A DNA stretch of 56,249 bases from Candidatus Kaiserbacteria bacterium (lineage in GTDB: Bacteria; Patescibacteriota; Minisyncoccia; Phycocordibacterales; UBA2100). This document shows positions 25,756 through 35,060 of the stretch, one piece after another. A program made the translations under genes and the position numbers. How positions within the stretch are numbered: the stretch's first letter is position 1; the number at the start of each line of letters is the position of its first letter. A model generated the notes under the pieces. The model was given only the letters and a program-made list of their open reading frames with translations, ran no database searches and was not told the DNA's origin. The stretch is taken from contig JACPLC010000009.1 in the NCBI GenBank assembly GCA_016186695.1, forward strand, positions 1 through 56,249. Reading direction: 5' to 3'.

Positions 25756-26070
25756 AAAAGAGGTCCGGCGCGACTCGCGCGCCGGCCTCGGCTATATCGG
25801 TGTTATTTTTCCGCCGATTTTTGTTTGTTTTCCCATGGCGCAGACGCACCTCTGGTTTTGTGGCGTTCTGCTTCGAGCGCCATGAGGTCTTCAGTGGTCC
25901 GTGCACACGGTTCCTTAGCCCGAGCCTCCGCGAGAGTGGGAGGTCGAGGCCATCCAAGCTTGGTCATGAGCAGCGGTCTCCTTGGCCCGCTTCCGCGAAC
26001 AATACCGACGCTAATACTGCTGTCAACACCAACTGTTCACCGTTTACTGTTCACTGTATACTGTTTTGCG

Positions 26071-26976
26071 ATGCAGCATCTCACGGAGACTCAACAGTTT
26101 GACAAAGAAGCACTTAGAAAACTCTTTGAGCTCGCTACGTCACTCGAGGGAAAGCGTGACGAATCACTCAAGGGAAAAATACTCGCGTCGCTGTTTTACG
26201 CACCCTCTACACGCACTCGTCTTTCGTTTGAATCAGCGATGATGCGTCTCGGGGGCAACGTGCTCTCGATGGAAAACGCGAGCGAGTCGTCATCGTCCAT
26301 GAAAGGCGAAACCATCGAGGATACGATTCGTATCATCGACGACTATGCCGACGCAATCGTTCTGCGGCACTTCGAGGTTGGCACTGCCGAACGCGCCGCC
26401 GCTGTCTCCGAAGTGCCGATAATCAATGCCGGAGATGGCACGGGCCAACATCCCACGCAGGCATTTCTCGATCTCTATACCATTCAGCGCGAAATAGGGC
26501 GGACTGATAATTTTCGTATCGCATTTGTTGGGAATCTCGCGTATTACCGGGCTGCCCGGTCGCTCGCCTATTTGCTTGCAAAGTATGACAACGTCAGGAT
26601 GACATTCGTTTCTGCGCCGGAGCTTCGCATGAAGGATGATGTGAAGGATTATTTAAAAGAGAAGAACGTCCGTTTTGAGGAAACGGAGGATCTAGAAGGC
26701 ACAATGCGAGTCGCCGACGTTGTGTACCAAACGCGTGTCGCGGAAGAATGGATACCGAATCACGACGAATACGAGAAATTGCGTGGCAAGTATGTTATTA
26801 CGCGGCCGATGACCGACATCATGAAAGAAGGAGCCATCATCATCCACCCGCTACCCCGAGCGGGCGAGATAGCGCCGGAGGTAGACGATTCGCCTCACGC
26901 GGTGTACTTCAAGCAAGCTGCCTACGGCGTGCTAGTTCGCATGGCGATCCTTAAGACCATACTGGGTGGCGCGTGA
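26071..26976 (+). CDS. pyrB: Aspartate carbamoyltransferase catalytic subunit
   Basis: FYAPSTRTRLSFE, HPTQ, HPLPR. The upstream part of the long ORF (25825-26070) is not protein-like. Confidence 0.9.
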   Translation: MQHLTETQQFDKEALRKLFELATSLEGKRDESLKGKILASLFYAPSTRTRLSFESAMMRLGGNVLSMENASESSSSMKGETIEDTIRIIDDYADAIVLRHFEVGTAERAAAVSEVPIINAGDGTGQHPTQAFLDLYTIQREIGRTDNFRIAFVGNLAYYRAARSLAYLLAKYDNVRMTFVSAPELRMKDDVKDYLKEKNVRFEETEDLEGTMRVADVVYQTRVAEEWIPNHDEYEKLRGKYVITRPMTDIMKEGAIIIHPLPRAGEIAPEVDDSPHAVYFKQAAYGVLVRMAILKTILGGA

Positions 26977-27496
26977 GGCGTTCGGAAACCCATATGCCGA
27001 GCGCGGTAAAAGCGCCGCCGATTAGATATCCTCCGAGAACGTCACTTACAAAGTGCAAACCGAGATAGAGCCGGCTGAAACCGATGAGGCCGATGAGAAG
27101 CGCGGCGAACACCGTGACAGCAATCGCCTGCGGACGCGGGAGCTGCTTCCACGCGAGGTATGCCAGAAATCCATAGAGTGCAATAGAAAATGCGGCATGG
27201 CCGCTCGGAAAGGAAAACGTGTCCTCGGAAAATGCCTGATAGAGAATGTCCGGCCGCGCGCGTGCGACGATATCTTTGAGAGGGAACACAACGATGATTG
27301 TTCCCATGACCGATATGCATAGCCCCGCGAAGTCTGCGAGCCGCGAACGTGCCAATAGGGAAAAACCGATTGCCAGCGCAATGCCGCCGACGACAAACGT
27401 GCTTCCGAATTGCGTTATGGCAGTAAAAAACTGCACAAAGCTTGGATCCCGCAGCGCGAAGAGCACAGCGAGAACACTGTTATCGAGCGCGGTCAT
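26951..27496 (-). CDS. PAP2-family phosphatase (undecaprenyl-diphosphatase-like)
   Basis: KDIVARARP, SFPSGHAA, SRLYLGLHFVSDVLGG. Confidence 0.8.
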   Translation of the reverse strand: MTALDNSVLAVLFALRDPSFVQFFTAITQFGSTFVVGGIALAIGFSLLARSRLADFAGLCISVMGTIIVVFPLKDIVARARPDILYQAFSEDTFSFPSGHAAFSIALYGFLAYLAWKQLPRPQAIAVTVFAALLIGLIGFSRLYLGLHFVSDVLGGYLIGGAFTALGIWVSERLTRHPVWS

Positions 27497-27852
27497 ACGG
27501 TGTCGGCGATATAGGGTAGAAAGATGATTATGCCGATGATGAACGCCGCAATGGATGCTATGAGAACCGCGCCGGCCGCAAGGTCTTTGATCTTAGCGAT
27601 GTGCGGATCGGGGTCTGACTTGTACATATCGCAGAACTCTTCAAGCGCCGTGTTGAAGACCTCGGCGGACAAGACAAAGCCGATACACACGATGACAATA
27701 AGCCATTCAACGGGCGAGATCCTGAAGAACCATCCAGCGGCAAGAACGAGGATGCCAAGACCGATCTGGATCTTGAAATTGGACTCTTCACGAAACGCAA
27801 TCCCGATACCGGTCAACGCCTCCGCGAATCCCACTTTCTTTCTCCCCAGCAT
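27493..27852 (-). CDS. dgkA: Diacylglycerol/undecaprenol kinase
   Basis: FAEALTGIGIAFREESNFKIQ..., SAEVFNTALEEFCD, KDLAAGAVL. The long 5' extension of the ORF overlaps a divergent gene, so it was trimmed to Met-98. Confidence 0.8.
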   Translation of the reverse strand: MLGRKKVGFAEALTGIGIAFREESNFKIQIGLGILVLAAGWFFRISPVEWLIVIVCIGFVLSAEVFNTALEEFCDMYKSDPDPHIAKIKDLAAGAVLIASIAAFIIGIIIFLPYIADTV

Positions 27853-27879
27853 TTCTCTAGTATACTCTGTCCACGCGTC

Positions 27880-28480
27880 ATGTTTATCCAAGTACTCCTC
27901 GCCTCTGTTCTTGTCATGCTCGTCTCCATATCGGGCAAACTCATCACGTGGCGCGGCGCCGGCGCCCTGATCGAGCGCAATCTGCACTTTTTTGTAAGTT
28001 TTGCGGCAGGCGTCTTGCTTGTCATCGCGTAATGCAAACCGGATGCTGGTTTCCGACGGTATCCACAACATCGGAGACGGTATCGTCATCGTCGTTTCAT
28101 TTGCCGCTTCTCCGGTCTTAGGCTTGGCGAGTACCGTCAGCATTATGGTGCATGAAATGCTTCAGGAAATTTCGGAATTTTTCGTGTATCGGGAGGCCGG
28201 TCTTTCTGTACGGCTTGCTCTCGTTTTGAACTTTATCAGCTCGAGCACCATCCTCGTCGGTACCGTTGGGGCCTTTTTCCTTTTGGAGCGATTCGAGACG
28301 TTCGAAGTCCCGCTCCTCGGTCTTTCCGTTGGTTCCTACCTTGTCGTTGTCTTTCACGACCTCATTCCACACTCGATTTCAAAAATGAAGGACAGCACCC
28401 ACTTCACAAAGCATGCGATCTACTTTGTATCAGGCCTCATTTTCATGGTGACATTCGTTGCCCTTCTCCCTCATGTGTAG
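27880..28480 (+). pseudogene. ZIP-family metal transporter, apparently frameshifted near 28020-28045
   Basis: 50-codon N-terminal ORF (MFIQVLLASV...FFVSFAAGVLLVIA*, stop 28030-28032) is followed in the +1 frame by ...DGIHNIGDGIVIVVSF...HEMLQEISEFFVY. Confidence 0.55.
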
Positions 28481-28503
28481 CGTTGCAGAATTCTAATGCT
28501 AGG

Positions 28504-28935
28504 ATGGGCGGCATGTGGCTGAAGCCATGGCACGGAGTCGTCGGAATAGCCCTTATCGCGGCATTTTTTTCTATTGTCGGTCTCGTCGCATACCAACTGT
28601 ACGGTTCCGGCATTCACTTTGAGGTCCCGGATTACCTCCTCCCAGCCGGATGGGCAACGACAACCGAACAGACTTCGCCATCCGATCCGCTTGCGGACTA
28701 TACGGGAACGTTATTTGAATGTAATGGTGAAAAGGCGCTCAAAGCAGAATTTCCCGATGGGAGCGTCCGTCTCGCGCTTTCCGACGGTCGTCAGGTGAGC
28801 CTGCCGCAGATGGTTTCAGCCGATGGAGCACGGTATGCGAACGCGGATGAAAGTTTTGTCTTTTGGAACAAGGGAATAACAGCGTTCGTTGAGGAGAACG
28901 GCGTACAGACATACGCGTCCTGCCTACAAAAATAA
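28504..28935 (+). CDS. MliC-like (membrane-bound lysozyme inhibitor family) protein with N-terminal TM anchor
   Basis: FECNGEKALKAEFPDGSVRLALSDGRQVSLPQMVSADGARYANADESFVFWNKG...C matches the MliC beta-barrel pattern. TCTAAT lies 6 nt upstream of ATG 28504. Confidence 0.55.
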   Translation: MGGMWLKPWHGVVGIALIAAFFSIVGLVAYQLYGSGIHFEVPDYLLPAGWATTTEQTSPSDPLADYTGTLFECNGEKALKAEFPDGSVRLALSDGRQVSLPQMVSADGARYANADESFVFWNKGITAFVEENGVQTYASCLQK

Positions 28936-28971
28936 GAAGCAGCCCCGCGTTGGCAGGGCTTGCAGTACTCG

Positions 28972-29196
28972 TCACCCCGGCGGAAACCCCCATTTCGTAG
29001 CATACTTCTCGATCTCGAAACAAAGAGTCTCACCGGGTATTGGATCGCGCCCGCCACATGGCTCACCAAAGGAACGCTCTTCTCTTTTCTGAATCACCTT
29101 GCGGCGACCGCTAACGGTGATGTTCACGTGCCGACCGCGATCGGCACTTATGACACCTTTGTTCTGGCCCCACCGTATCAATTGACCTTCTTCCAT
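28972..29196 (-). CDS. Hypothetical small protein
   Basis: GGAGG lies 5 nt upstream of ATG 29196. It is the only plausible ORF in the 28936-29331 gap. No family recognised. Confidence 0.3.
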   Translation of the reverse strand: MEEGQLIRWGQNKGVISADRGRHVNITVSGRRKVIQKREERSFGEPCGGRDPIPGETLCFEIEKYATKWGFPPG

Positions 29197-29331
29197 CTCA
29201 ACCTCCATCAGCAGGAACTTTTCATCAGCGGAGAGATATCAATTTCGATTCCGCACTATAAGAAAGTCTGCAACCCAGTGTTTTGTATGTCAAACCGTCA
29301 CACGAACGTTCGCGTGGTATGATGATTTTTC

Positions 29332-30777
29332 ATGAGCGAAGCTGACATTCGCGCGGAACGTCTAAAAAAGCTCGAGATTCTCAAAAAGGCCAGCATGGAG
29401 GCGTATCCGGCCGAGAGTGAGCGCGATACGTCCATCGCAGAATTTCTCACTGGTTTTGAAAAGCTGGAGAAAAAGGGGAGCGAACTCACGATTGCGGGGC
29501 GCATCATGGCTCGTCGTGGGCAAGGGGGAATCATCTTTGTTGATGTGCACGATGGTACCGGCCGCACGCAGGTTGTCCTGCAGGCCGATGGTGGAGCCGA
29601 TCTCCAGCTTTTTGAGCAGGCAGCGGACGTTGGAGATTTCGTGCAATGTACCGGTATCGCTTTCAAGACGAAACGCGGAGAAAAGTCGCTGAAGATTTCG
29701 CGCTGGAAGATGCTCGCGAAGTCACTCCTGCCGATTCCCGATAAATGGTACGGTCTCAAGGATGAAGAACTCGTTTTGCGTCAGCGGTATCTCGATATAC
29801 TGCTCAACGATGATGTGCGCGCGATGTTCGAGCGACGCGCGAGGTTCTGGCAGGTCATTCGTGACTTCTATCTCCAACACGGATTTCTTGAAGTGGAATC
29901 GCCTGTGCTCGAGAACACGCCGGGTGGTGCAGATGCGCGTCCGTTCGTCACGCACCATAATGCACTGGATATCGATGTCTACTTGCGCATCTCGCTCGAG
30001 CTGTGGCACAAGCGCTTGCTCGTGGCAGGGTTTCCGAAAGTATTTGAAATCGGTCGCGTATTCCGGAATGAAGGGCAGTCGCGAGAACATTTACAAGACT
30101 TTACCTTCCTCGAATCCTATGAAGCATACAGCGACATGCGAAAGGGCATGGAGTTCGTAAAAGATCTCTATCGGCACATCGCGAAGGAAGTCTACAGCAA
30201 GTACACTTTTGAGATCGGTGAATACACCGTTGATCTCGCGGAAGACTGGCCTCTTGTGGATTTCGGCGATGTGGTGAGAAAAGAGTTCGATGTCGATCCG
30301 GCTACTGCGAGTGAATCCGACATTATGCACGCGGCCTCAAGGGCGGGGGCAGAGGCACATGCGCTTGCCAACAAAGAGCGCGCCGTCGACTACCTCTGGA
30401 AAAAGGCGCGCAAAAAGCTCGCCGGCCCGGCGTTTCTCGTCAGCGTTCCCGTTTACCTCGAGCCTCTTGCGAAGCGTTCAAAGGATAACCCCGAAACGGT
30501 CGAACGACTTCAAGTCATTCTTGCCGGTACCGAGATGGGAAAAGGTTTTAGCGAACTCAACGACCCGCAGGACCAACGCGCGCGATTCGAAGAACAGCAG
30601 AAACTCCGCGATGCGGGAGACGACGAGGCGCAAAGACTGGATCTCGATTACATTCGCGCTATGGAATACGGCATGCCGCCCGCCTTCGGCTTCGGTGTCT
30701 CCGAACGCCTTTTCGCATTTCTCGAAAACAAGCCCGCTCACGAGGCGCAACTCTTCCCGCTTCTTCGCCCTAAATAA
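29332..30777 (+). CDS. lysS: Lysyl-tRNA synthetase (class II)
   Basis: OB-fold N-domain, FLEVESPVLENTPGGADARPF, IGRVFRNEG, GFGVSERL. Extended -10 TGGTATGAT at 29315-29323. Confidence 0.92.
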   Translation: MSEADIRAERLKKLEILKKASMEAYPAESERDTSIAEFLTGFEKLEKKGSELTIAGRIMARRGQGGIIFVDVHDGTGRTQVVLQADGGADLQLFEQAADVGDFVQCTGIAFKTKRGEKSLKISRWKMLAKSLLPIPDKWYGLKDEELVLRQRYLDILLNDDVRAMFERRARFWQVIRDFYLQHGFLEVESPVLENTPGGADARPFVTHHNALDIDVYLRISLELWHKRLLVAGFPKVFEIGRVFRNEGQSREHLQDFTFLESYEAYSDMRKGMEFVKDLYRHIAKEVYSKYTFEIGEYTVDLAEDWPLVDFGDVVRKEFDVDPATASESDIMHAASRAGAEAHALANKERAVDYLWKKARKKLAGPAFLVSVPVYLEPLAKRSKDNPETVERLQVILAGTEMGKGFSELNDPQDQRARFEEQQKLRDAGDDEAQRLDLDYIRAMEYGMPPAFGFGVSERLFAFLENKPAHEAQLFPLLRPK

Positions 30778-30810
30778 ACATGGATAATCCGTGTCGATAG
30801 TTGTTGGGAT

Positions 30811-31599
30811 ATGCGTGACAATCCACGTCTGCCGACTCAGCATGATGATACAGAATCAGAAAGAATTCGATCGTCGGAGGAGCTCCGAAAGATTTATGAT
30901 GATTTCCTAAAGGCAGTAGGGTTTGACCTGACGCTAGATTACCTGGTTGGGTCAAATGTTGTTGCGACTATAGCAGGAGCACGACCGATGACAGAATTTT
31001 CCATTGCAGATCCTTCGGAAAATGCTGACGAGATCATAAAAAGGATATCAACGCTTGTTCCCGGTGTTCTCATTAGAGATCTCGGGCAGCATCAGCGATC
31101 TGAAGGAGCAAGATCATATTTCAAAGTTGTGCAGATTATTAATCTCAATGCCTTGGAGCGAGTGACGCATAACGTGCCTTTGAAGCACTTTCCCCAGTAT
31201 AGTCCTGCAACGGGGGAGGAGGGGATTCGTATCTGGCGGGAAAGAGCACGATCAGTAATAGAAGAAGCAGCCAAATCCGGCGAAATACCTGTAGATCCTG
31301 AGACTTGTGTCCGTTTCGTAGACGGGATAGAGCGAGGATATCCAGTTACGGCTATAGTTGACGCGATGCAAGCTCTCATGCATGAAGAACTTAGGAATTT
31401 ACCGGTTGCATCTCCCGAAGGATCCGACGGTACGCTTTGGTTTAATTACGCTCAAGGACACGAGAACCATCCAGATATTGTAGGAACACTTCGTCGCTGG
31501 GAGAAAGTGCTGAAAGATTTTGCTCCTGTGAAGCAAGAAATTACTGAAAAATATCACCAAATGCTTAGAGAGTATTGGAAAAGGGAAGGTGCAGTATGA
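30811..31599 (+). CDS. Hypothetical protein (visibly more AT-rich than its neighbours)
   Basis: 262-aa ORF. Its stop overlaps the msrA start (ATGA at 31596-31599). No family recognised. Confidence 0.5.
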   Translation: MRDNPRLPTQHDDTESERIRSSEELRKIYDDFLKAVGFDLTLDYLVGSNVVATIAGARPMTEFSIADPSENADEIIKRISTLVPGVLIRDLGQHQRSEGARSYFKVVQIINLNALERVTHNVPLKHFPQYSPATGEEGIRIWRERARSVIEEAAKSGEIPVDPETCVRFVDGIERGYPVTAIVDAMQALMHEELRNLPVASPEGSDGTLWFNYAQGHENHPDIVGTLRRWEKVLKDFAPVKQEITEKYHQMLREYWKREGAV

Positions 31600-32156
31600 T
31601 AAAAACCGCGGTATTCGGAGGAGGATGTTTCTGGTGCACGGAGGCGGTGTTTCAGATGCTCAAAGGTGTTGAGAAAGTCGAGTCGGGATACGCGGGTGGC
31701 TCGACCCGTTCGACAAGCTCAGGGCAAGTGGTCGCTCCGACGTACGAACAGGTGAGCGGTGGAAATACGGGACATGCGGAGGTTATCCGCGTTACCTACG
31801 ACCCTGCAATAATCTCCTACGACGATCTTTTGACAGTGTTCTTCGGCTCGCATGATCCGACGACGCCGAATCGCCAGGGTGGGGATGTAGGAGAACAATA
31901 TCGCTCGATTATTTTCTATCAGAGCGACGAGGAGAAAAAACAAGCAGAGGCAAAGATCAAAGAGATCAACGAAAGTTTGAAGGACGGAACACGCGTCGTG
32001 ACACAACTTGTCCCGTTTGAATCATTCTACAAAGCCGAGGATTACCATCAAAACTATTACAAAACCAACACGTCTGCGCCCTACTGCCAGCTCATCATCG
32101 AGCCCAAGATCGAAAAAGTCCGCAAACGGTTCGCGGAACTTGTGAAGCAAGAATAA
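31596..32156 (+). CDS. msrA: Peptide-methionine (S)-S-oxide reductase
   Basis: GGGCFWCTEAVF, GYAGG...PTYEQV..G.TGHAEV, DPTTPNRQG.D.G.QYRS. Confidence 0.9.
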   Translation: MIKTAVFGGGCFWCTEAVFQMLKGVEKVESGYAGGSTRSTSSGQVVAPTYEQVSGGNTGHAEVIRVTYDPAIISYDDLLTVFFGSHDPTTPNRQGGDVGEQYRSIIFYQSDEEKKQAEAKIKEINESLKDGTRVVTQLVPFESFYKAEDYHQNYYKTNTSAPYCQLIIEPKIEKVRKRFAELVKQE

Positions 32157-32270
32157 AGCGGCCGCCACCGTCTTTGACGAAAGGGATTTATTGTGTTTTT
32201 ATGTTTCTCGCGGGGGTGGAGTTGCGACTCCTCACCGCGAAGCACAAACCCCACAATAGGAGTCCTCGAC

Positions 32271-32987
32271 ATGGTTGCGACCAGGAGAGACAGAGTGGCT
32301 TTTGCACTTGGACAAACCAGCCTCAATGGTCAAAGATTGACCTCACAAGAGCTGGTCAAAATCGTCCGCGAGCTCATTGAAATGATCGAGCCCAAGCACG
32401 TTCGCGGATTTACCTCGCTGCACAACATTCTGCTGGGAAAGAAGAATCAGTTCGATGAAGGAAAACTCATGCAGACCGAAAGCGCGGCGGCGACAGCGGC
32501 ACTTGGCGAGTGCAAACTCCCGCCGAGTGCGATGTTCCATGACCTGGGTTCGATCTTGTCTTTTCCGGACAAGCCACCCGTCGTCAAACTTCGGAAACCC
32601 GGACTGAGGTATAAGTGCGAGGTTCGGGCGCACGTCCATACGGCGCGGTTGCTGCTCTCTCGAAAAGGAGACGTGTGGCTTCTGCGTGTCGTGCGAAAAC
32701 CTGTACTCGAGCGTGAAAGCGAACCCAACGACTATAAGTATGTTGTGGACAAGGTTAAGCTTGAGGTGCTCTCCGATGACATGCTTTCGCAAGTGTTTGC
32801 CCACTATCGGAAGCAATACGGCAACTTGGTACTCGGCGAGCGCACCGTTCTCATGCTCTATGCAGTGCAGTATTCCACGTCGGACGCTCTGAAGAGCGAT
32901 GCCAGGTACGCCGCGAGGTGTACTCGGAAGATCGCTCGCGTCGTGGAGCGGCTTGGTTTCGGCATGACTCGCGGCGAAGACGAGTAA
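32271..32987 (+). CDS. Hypothetical protein
   Basis: AGGAG lies 8 nt upstream of ATG 32271. No family recognised. Confidence 0.45.
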   Translation: MVATRRDRVAFALGQTSLNGQRLTSQELVKIVRELIEMIEPKHVRGFTSLHNILLGKKNQFDEGKLMQTESAAATAALGECKLPPSAMFHDLGSILSFPDKPPVVKLRKPGLRYKCEVRAHVHTARLLLSRKGDVWLLRVVRKPVLERESEPNDYKYVVDKVKLEVLSDDMLSQVFAHYRKQYGNLVLGERTVLMLYAVQYSTSDALKSDARYAARCTRKIARVVERLGFGMTRGEDE

Positions 32988-33078
32988 CTGCGGCCAATGA
33001 CGAGCTAAGTTCTGCGAATGACCTTCGCGGTCTTGAGAGCCGAGGCACTTGTCGCCCCGGCTCTCTTTCTTTTTTACA

Positions 33079-33306
33079 TCAGCGGGCGTGCTCGAGTTTC
33101 TTGATGCGGGTTTCGTGATTGATGAGCGTAACAGCGTCTTTGTCAACAGCTTTTCCTTGTGCTTCAAGAGTGTCCTTGATGTCGGAAACATCTCGCTTCA
33201 CTTCCCGCAGGTTTTTCGTGAGGCCGTCTACCTTCCCGTTCAGGTTCTCAAAGCCCTCAACCATCAACGTTGCGAGTCTTTCTACAGTGACCTTCTTTTT
33301 TGCCAT
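33079..33306 (-). CDS. Small coiled-coil protein (75 aa)
   Basis: MAKKKVTVERLATLMVEGFENLNGKVDGLTKNLREVKRDVSDIKDTLEAQ... Divergent from the zincin-like gene. Confidence 0.4.
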   Translation of the reverse strand: MAKKKVTVERLATLMVEGFENLNGKVDGLTKNLREVKRDVSDIKDTLEAQGKAVDKDAVTLINHETRIKKLEHAR

Positions 33307-33328
33307 GTCGCTAGTGTACCATACGTGT

Positions 33329-33715
33329 ATGCAGCGCAAGGAATTTGAAAAACTAGTCGAAGAAGGATTTGAGCGGCTGCCGCAGTGGGTGCGGGAGAAA
33401 ATAAAGAACGTTGCGCTTTTGGTTGAAGATGAGCCGAAGGATGTGGATAGGAAGGCGCAAGGGCTTGGGGACGACGAGACACTACTCGGCTTGTACAAAG
33501 GAATCCCACTTTCAGAACGTGGCGAGACGTATGGCGTTGGTGCAACGATGCCGGATACCATCACACTCTACCAATTTCCTATCGAAGATGCTGCTGCCGA
33601 GGATAACAAGGACGTTCGCGATGTAGTGGCGGAAACCATTTGGCACGAATTCGCACACCATTTTGGTATGGATGAGGGAGAGGTCCGAGCTCGCGAGCAT
33701 CGTCGGAAAGATTGA
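33329..33715 (+). CDS. Zincin-like metallopeptidase-fold protein (DUF1025/Zincin_1-like)
   Basis: LLGLYKGIPLSER...TITLYQFPIE...TIWHEFAHHFG (HExxH). Confidence 0.65.
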   Translation: MQRKEFEKLVEEGFERLPQWVREKIKNVALLVEDEPKDVDRKAQGLGDDETLLGLYKGIPLSERGETYGVGATMPDTITLYQFPIEDAAAEDNKDVRDVVAETIWHEFAHHFGMDEGEVRAREHRRKD

Positions 33716-33733
33716 TGGTATAGTGAGGCAAAT

Positions 33734-34987
33734 ATGGCGAAACTTTCGGCGGTTCTTAAGGAACGGGGCTACGTCTACCAACTCTCTTCCGAAAAACTTG
33801 AGGAAATCACCGACGGCGCGAAGCGCACACTCTATCTCGGCATCGATCCTTCGGCCGATTCCCTTCAAGTGGGGCAGCTGCAGGGCTTTTTGATATTGCG
33901 TCGCTTTCTTGAGGATGGCCACAGGCTGATTCTTCTTATCGGCGGAGGCACGGGGATGATAGGAGATCCGGGCGGAAAGAGTGCGGAGCGTGTTCTGCTT
34001 GATGCCGAGACGGTGAAGAAAAATGCCGAGAACATTACAGAACAAGTGAAACGGCTCTTTGCATCAGAGGATTTCACGCTTGTCGACAACGCCGAGTGGC
34101 TCGGACAGTTGCAGATGATCGAATTCCTGCGTGATGTCGGCAAGCACTTCACTATAAACGCGCTGCTCCAACGAGATTTCATCAAAGACCGTGTCAAAGA
34201 TCCGGAAAAAGGAATTTCGTACACAGAGTTCTCCTACGCGCTCCTACAGGCATACGATTATCTTCACCTGCATGAAGAGTATGACTGCGATTTGCAGGTT
34301 GGCGGTTCCGACCAATGGGGCAATATCGTTTCGGGTGTCGACTTCATTCGCCGCAAGACGGGCGACGTAGTCTATGCATTCACGTGGCCTCTTTTGGTGG
34401 ACAAAAAGACCGGAAAAAAATTCGGCAAGAGCGAAACCGGTACCATTTGGCTCGATCCTGCAAAAACATCGCCCTATCACTTCTATCAGTTTTGGCTCAA
34501 CACCGATGATGACAACCTAAAAGAATATCTTCTAAAAATGACAATGCTCTCGAAAACCGAAATCGATGCGGCGCTCGAGCTGCACAAACGTGATCCGCGC
34601 GAGCGACATGGCCAGCACATTCTTGCGCGGGAGGTGACGAAGCTTGTGCATGGTGAGGAGGAGATGACGAAAGCGGAGCAGGTTTCAGACGTTCTCTTTG
34701 GTGAGGGGAGTGTGCAGGGGCTCGAGCGCGATGCACTCGAAATCCTCAAAGGTGCGGCGCCTTCACAGGAAGTTCAAGTAGGAACTGCTATCCTTGACGC
34801 GCTGGTAACTGCAAAGCTTGCCAGCTCCAAAAGGGAGGCGCGCCAATTCCTTGCGGACGAAGCCGTCGCACTGAACGGCCAAGCCGTAACCGACGTCGAG
34901 CGAAAGCTCGGAGGGGATGATTTTCATAATGGTATCGCCCTTCTCACACGGGGGAAAAAGAACGTTTGTGTGCTGACTCTTGCATAA
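33734..34987 (+). CDS. tyrS: Tyrosyl-tRNA synthetase with S4-like C-terminal domain
   Basis: YLGIDPSADSLQVGQL (position of the HIGH motif), GGGTGMIGDPGGK, QVGGSDQWGNI, KFGKSE (KMSKS). Extended -10 TGGTATAGT at 33716-33724. Confidence 0.9.
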   Translation: MAKLSAVLKERGYVYQLSSEKLEEITDGAKRTLYLGIDPSADSLQVGQLQGFLILRRFLEDGHRLILLIGGGTGMIGDPGGKSAERVLLDAETVKKNAENITEQVKRLFASEDFTLVDNAEWLGQLQMIEFLRDVGKHFTINALLQRDFIKDRVKDPEKGISYTEFSYALLQAYDYLHLHEEYDCDLQVGGSDQWGNIVSGVDFIRRKTGDVVYAFTWPLLVDKKTGKKFGKSETGTIWLDPAKTSPYHFYQFWLNTDDDNLKEYLLKMTMLSKTEIDAALELHKRDPRERHGQHILAREVTKLVHGEEEMTKAEQVSDVLFGEGSVQGLERDALEILKGAAPSQEVQVGTAILDALVTAKLASSKREARQFLADEAVALNGQAVTDVERKLGGDDFHNGIALLTRGKKNVCVLTLA

Positions 34988-35060
34988 ACTCAACAAATGG
35001 TGTGTAATATAGGTTGTCCAGCGTGCGTTGGCCGAAATTCGTACATGAAAGGCATCGAAA

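Noticed and set aside
25925-25943. Hairpin cctcc-gcgagagtg-ggagg upstream of pyrB, reminiscent of a PyrR-binding loop (UCCAGAGAGG).
   Set aside because: Only the GAGAG core matches. No adjacent terminator/antiterminator pair is evident and no pyrR is seen here. It is kept only as part of the low-interest spacer note.
25825-26070. N-terminal 82-aa extension of the pyrB ORF.
   Set aside because: Its Arg/Ser/Leu-rich composition has no similarity to ATCase. The canonical N-terminus (MQHLTETQQF...) begins at 26071, directly behind a TATACT box.
27853-28143. 97-aa N-terminal extension of dgkA.
   Set aside because: It is antisense to the ZIP transporter N-terminus and its promoter. DgkA homologs are about 120 aa and align from Met-98.
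28960-29322. 120-aa plus-strand ORF in the gap before lysS.
   Set aside because: Poor composition and no start signal. The minus-strand 74-aa ORF with a GGAGG Shine-Dalgarno is slightly more plausible, and even that is low-confidence.
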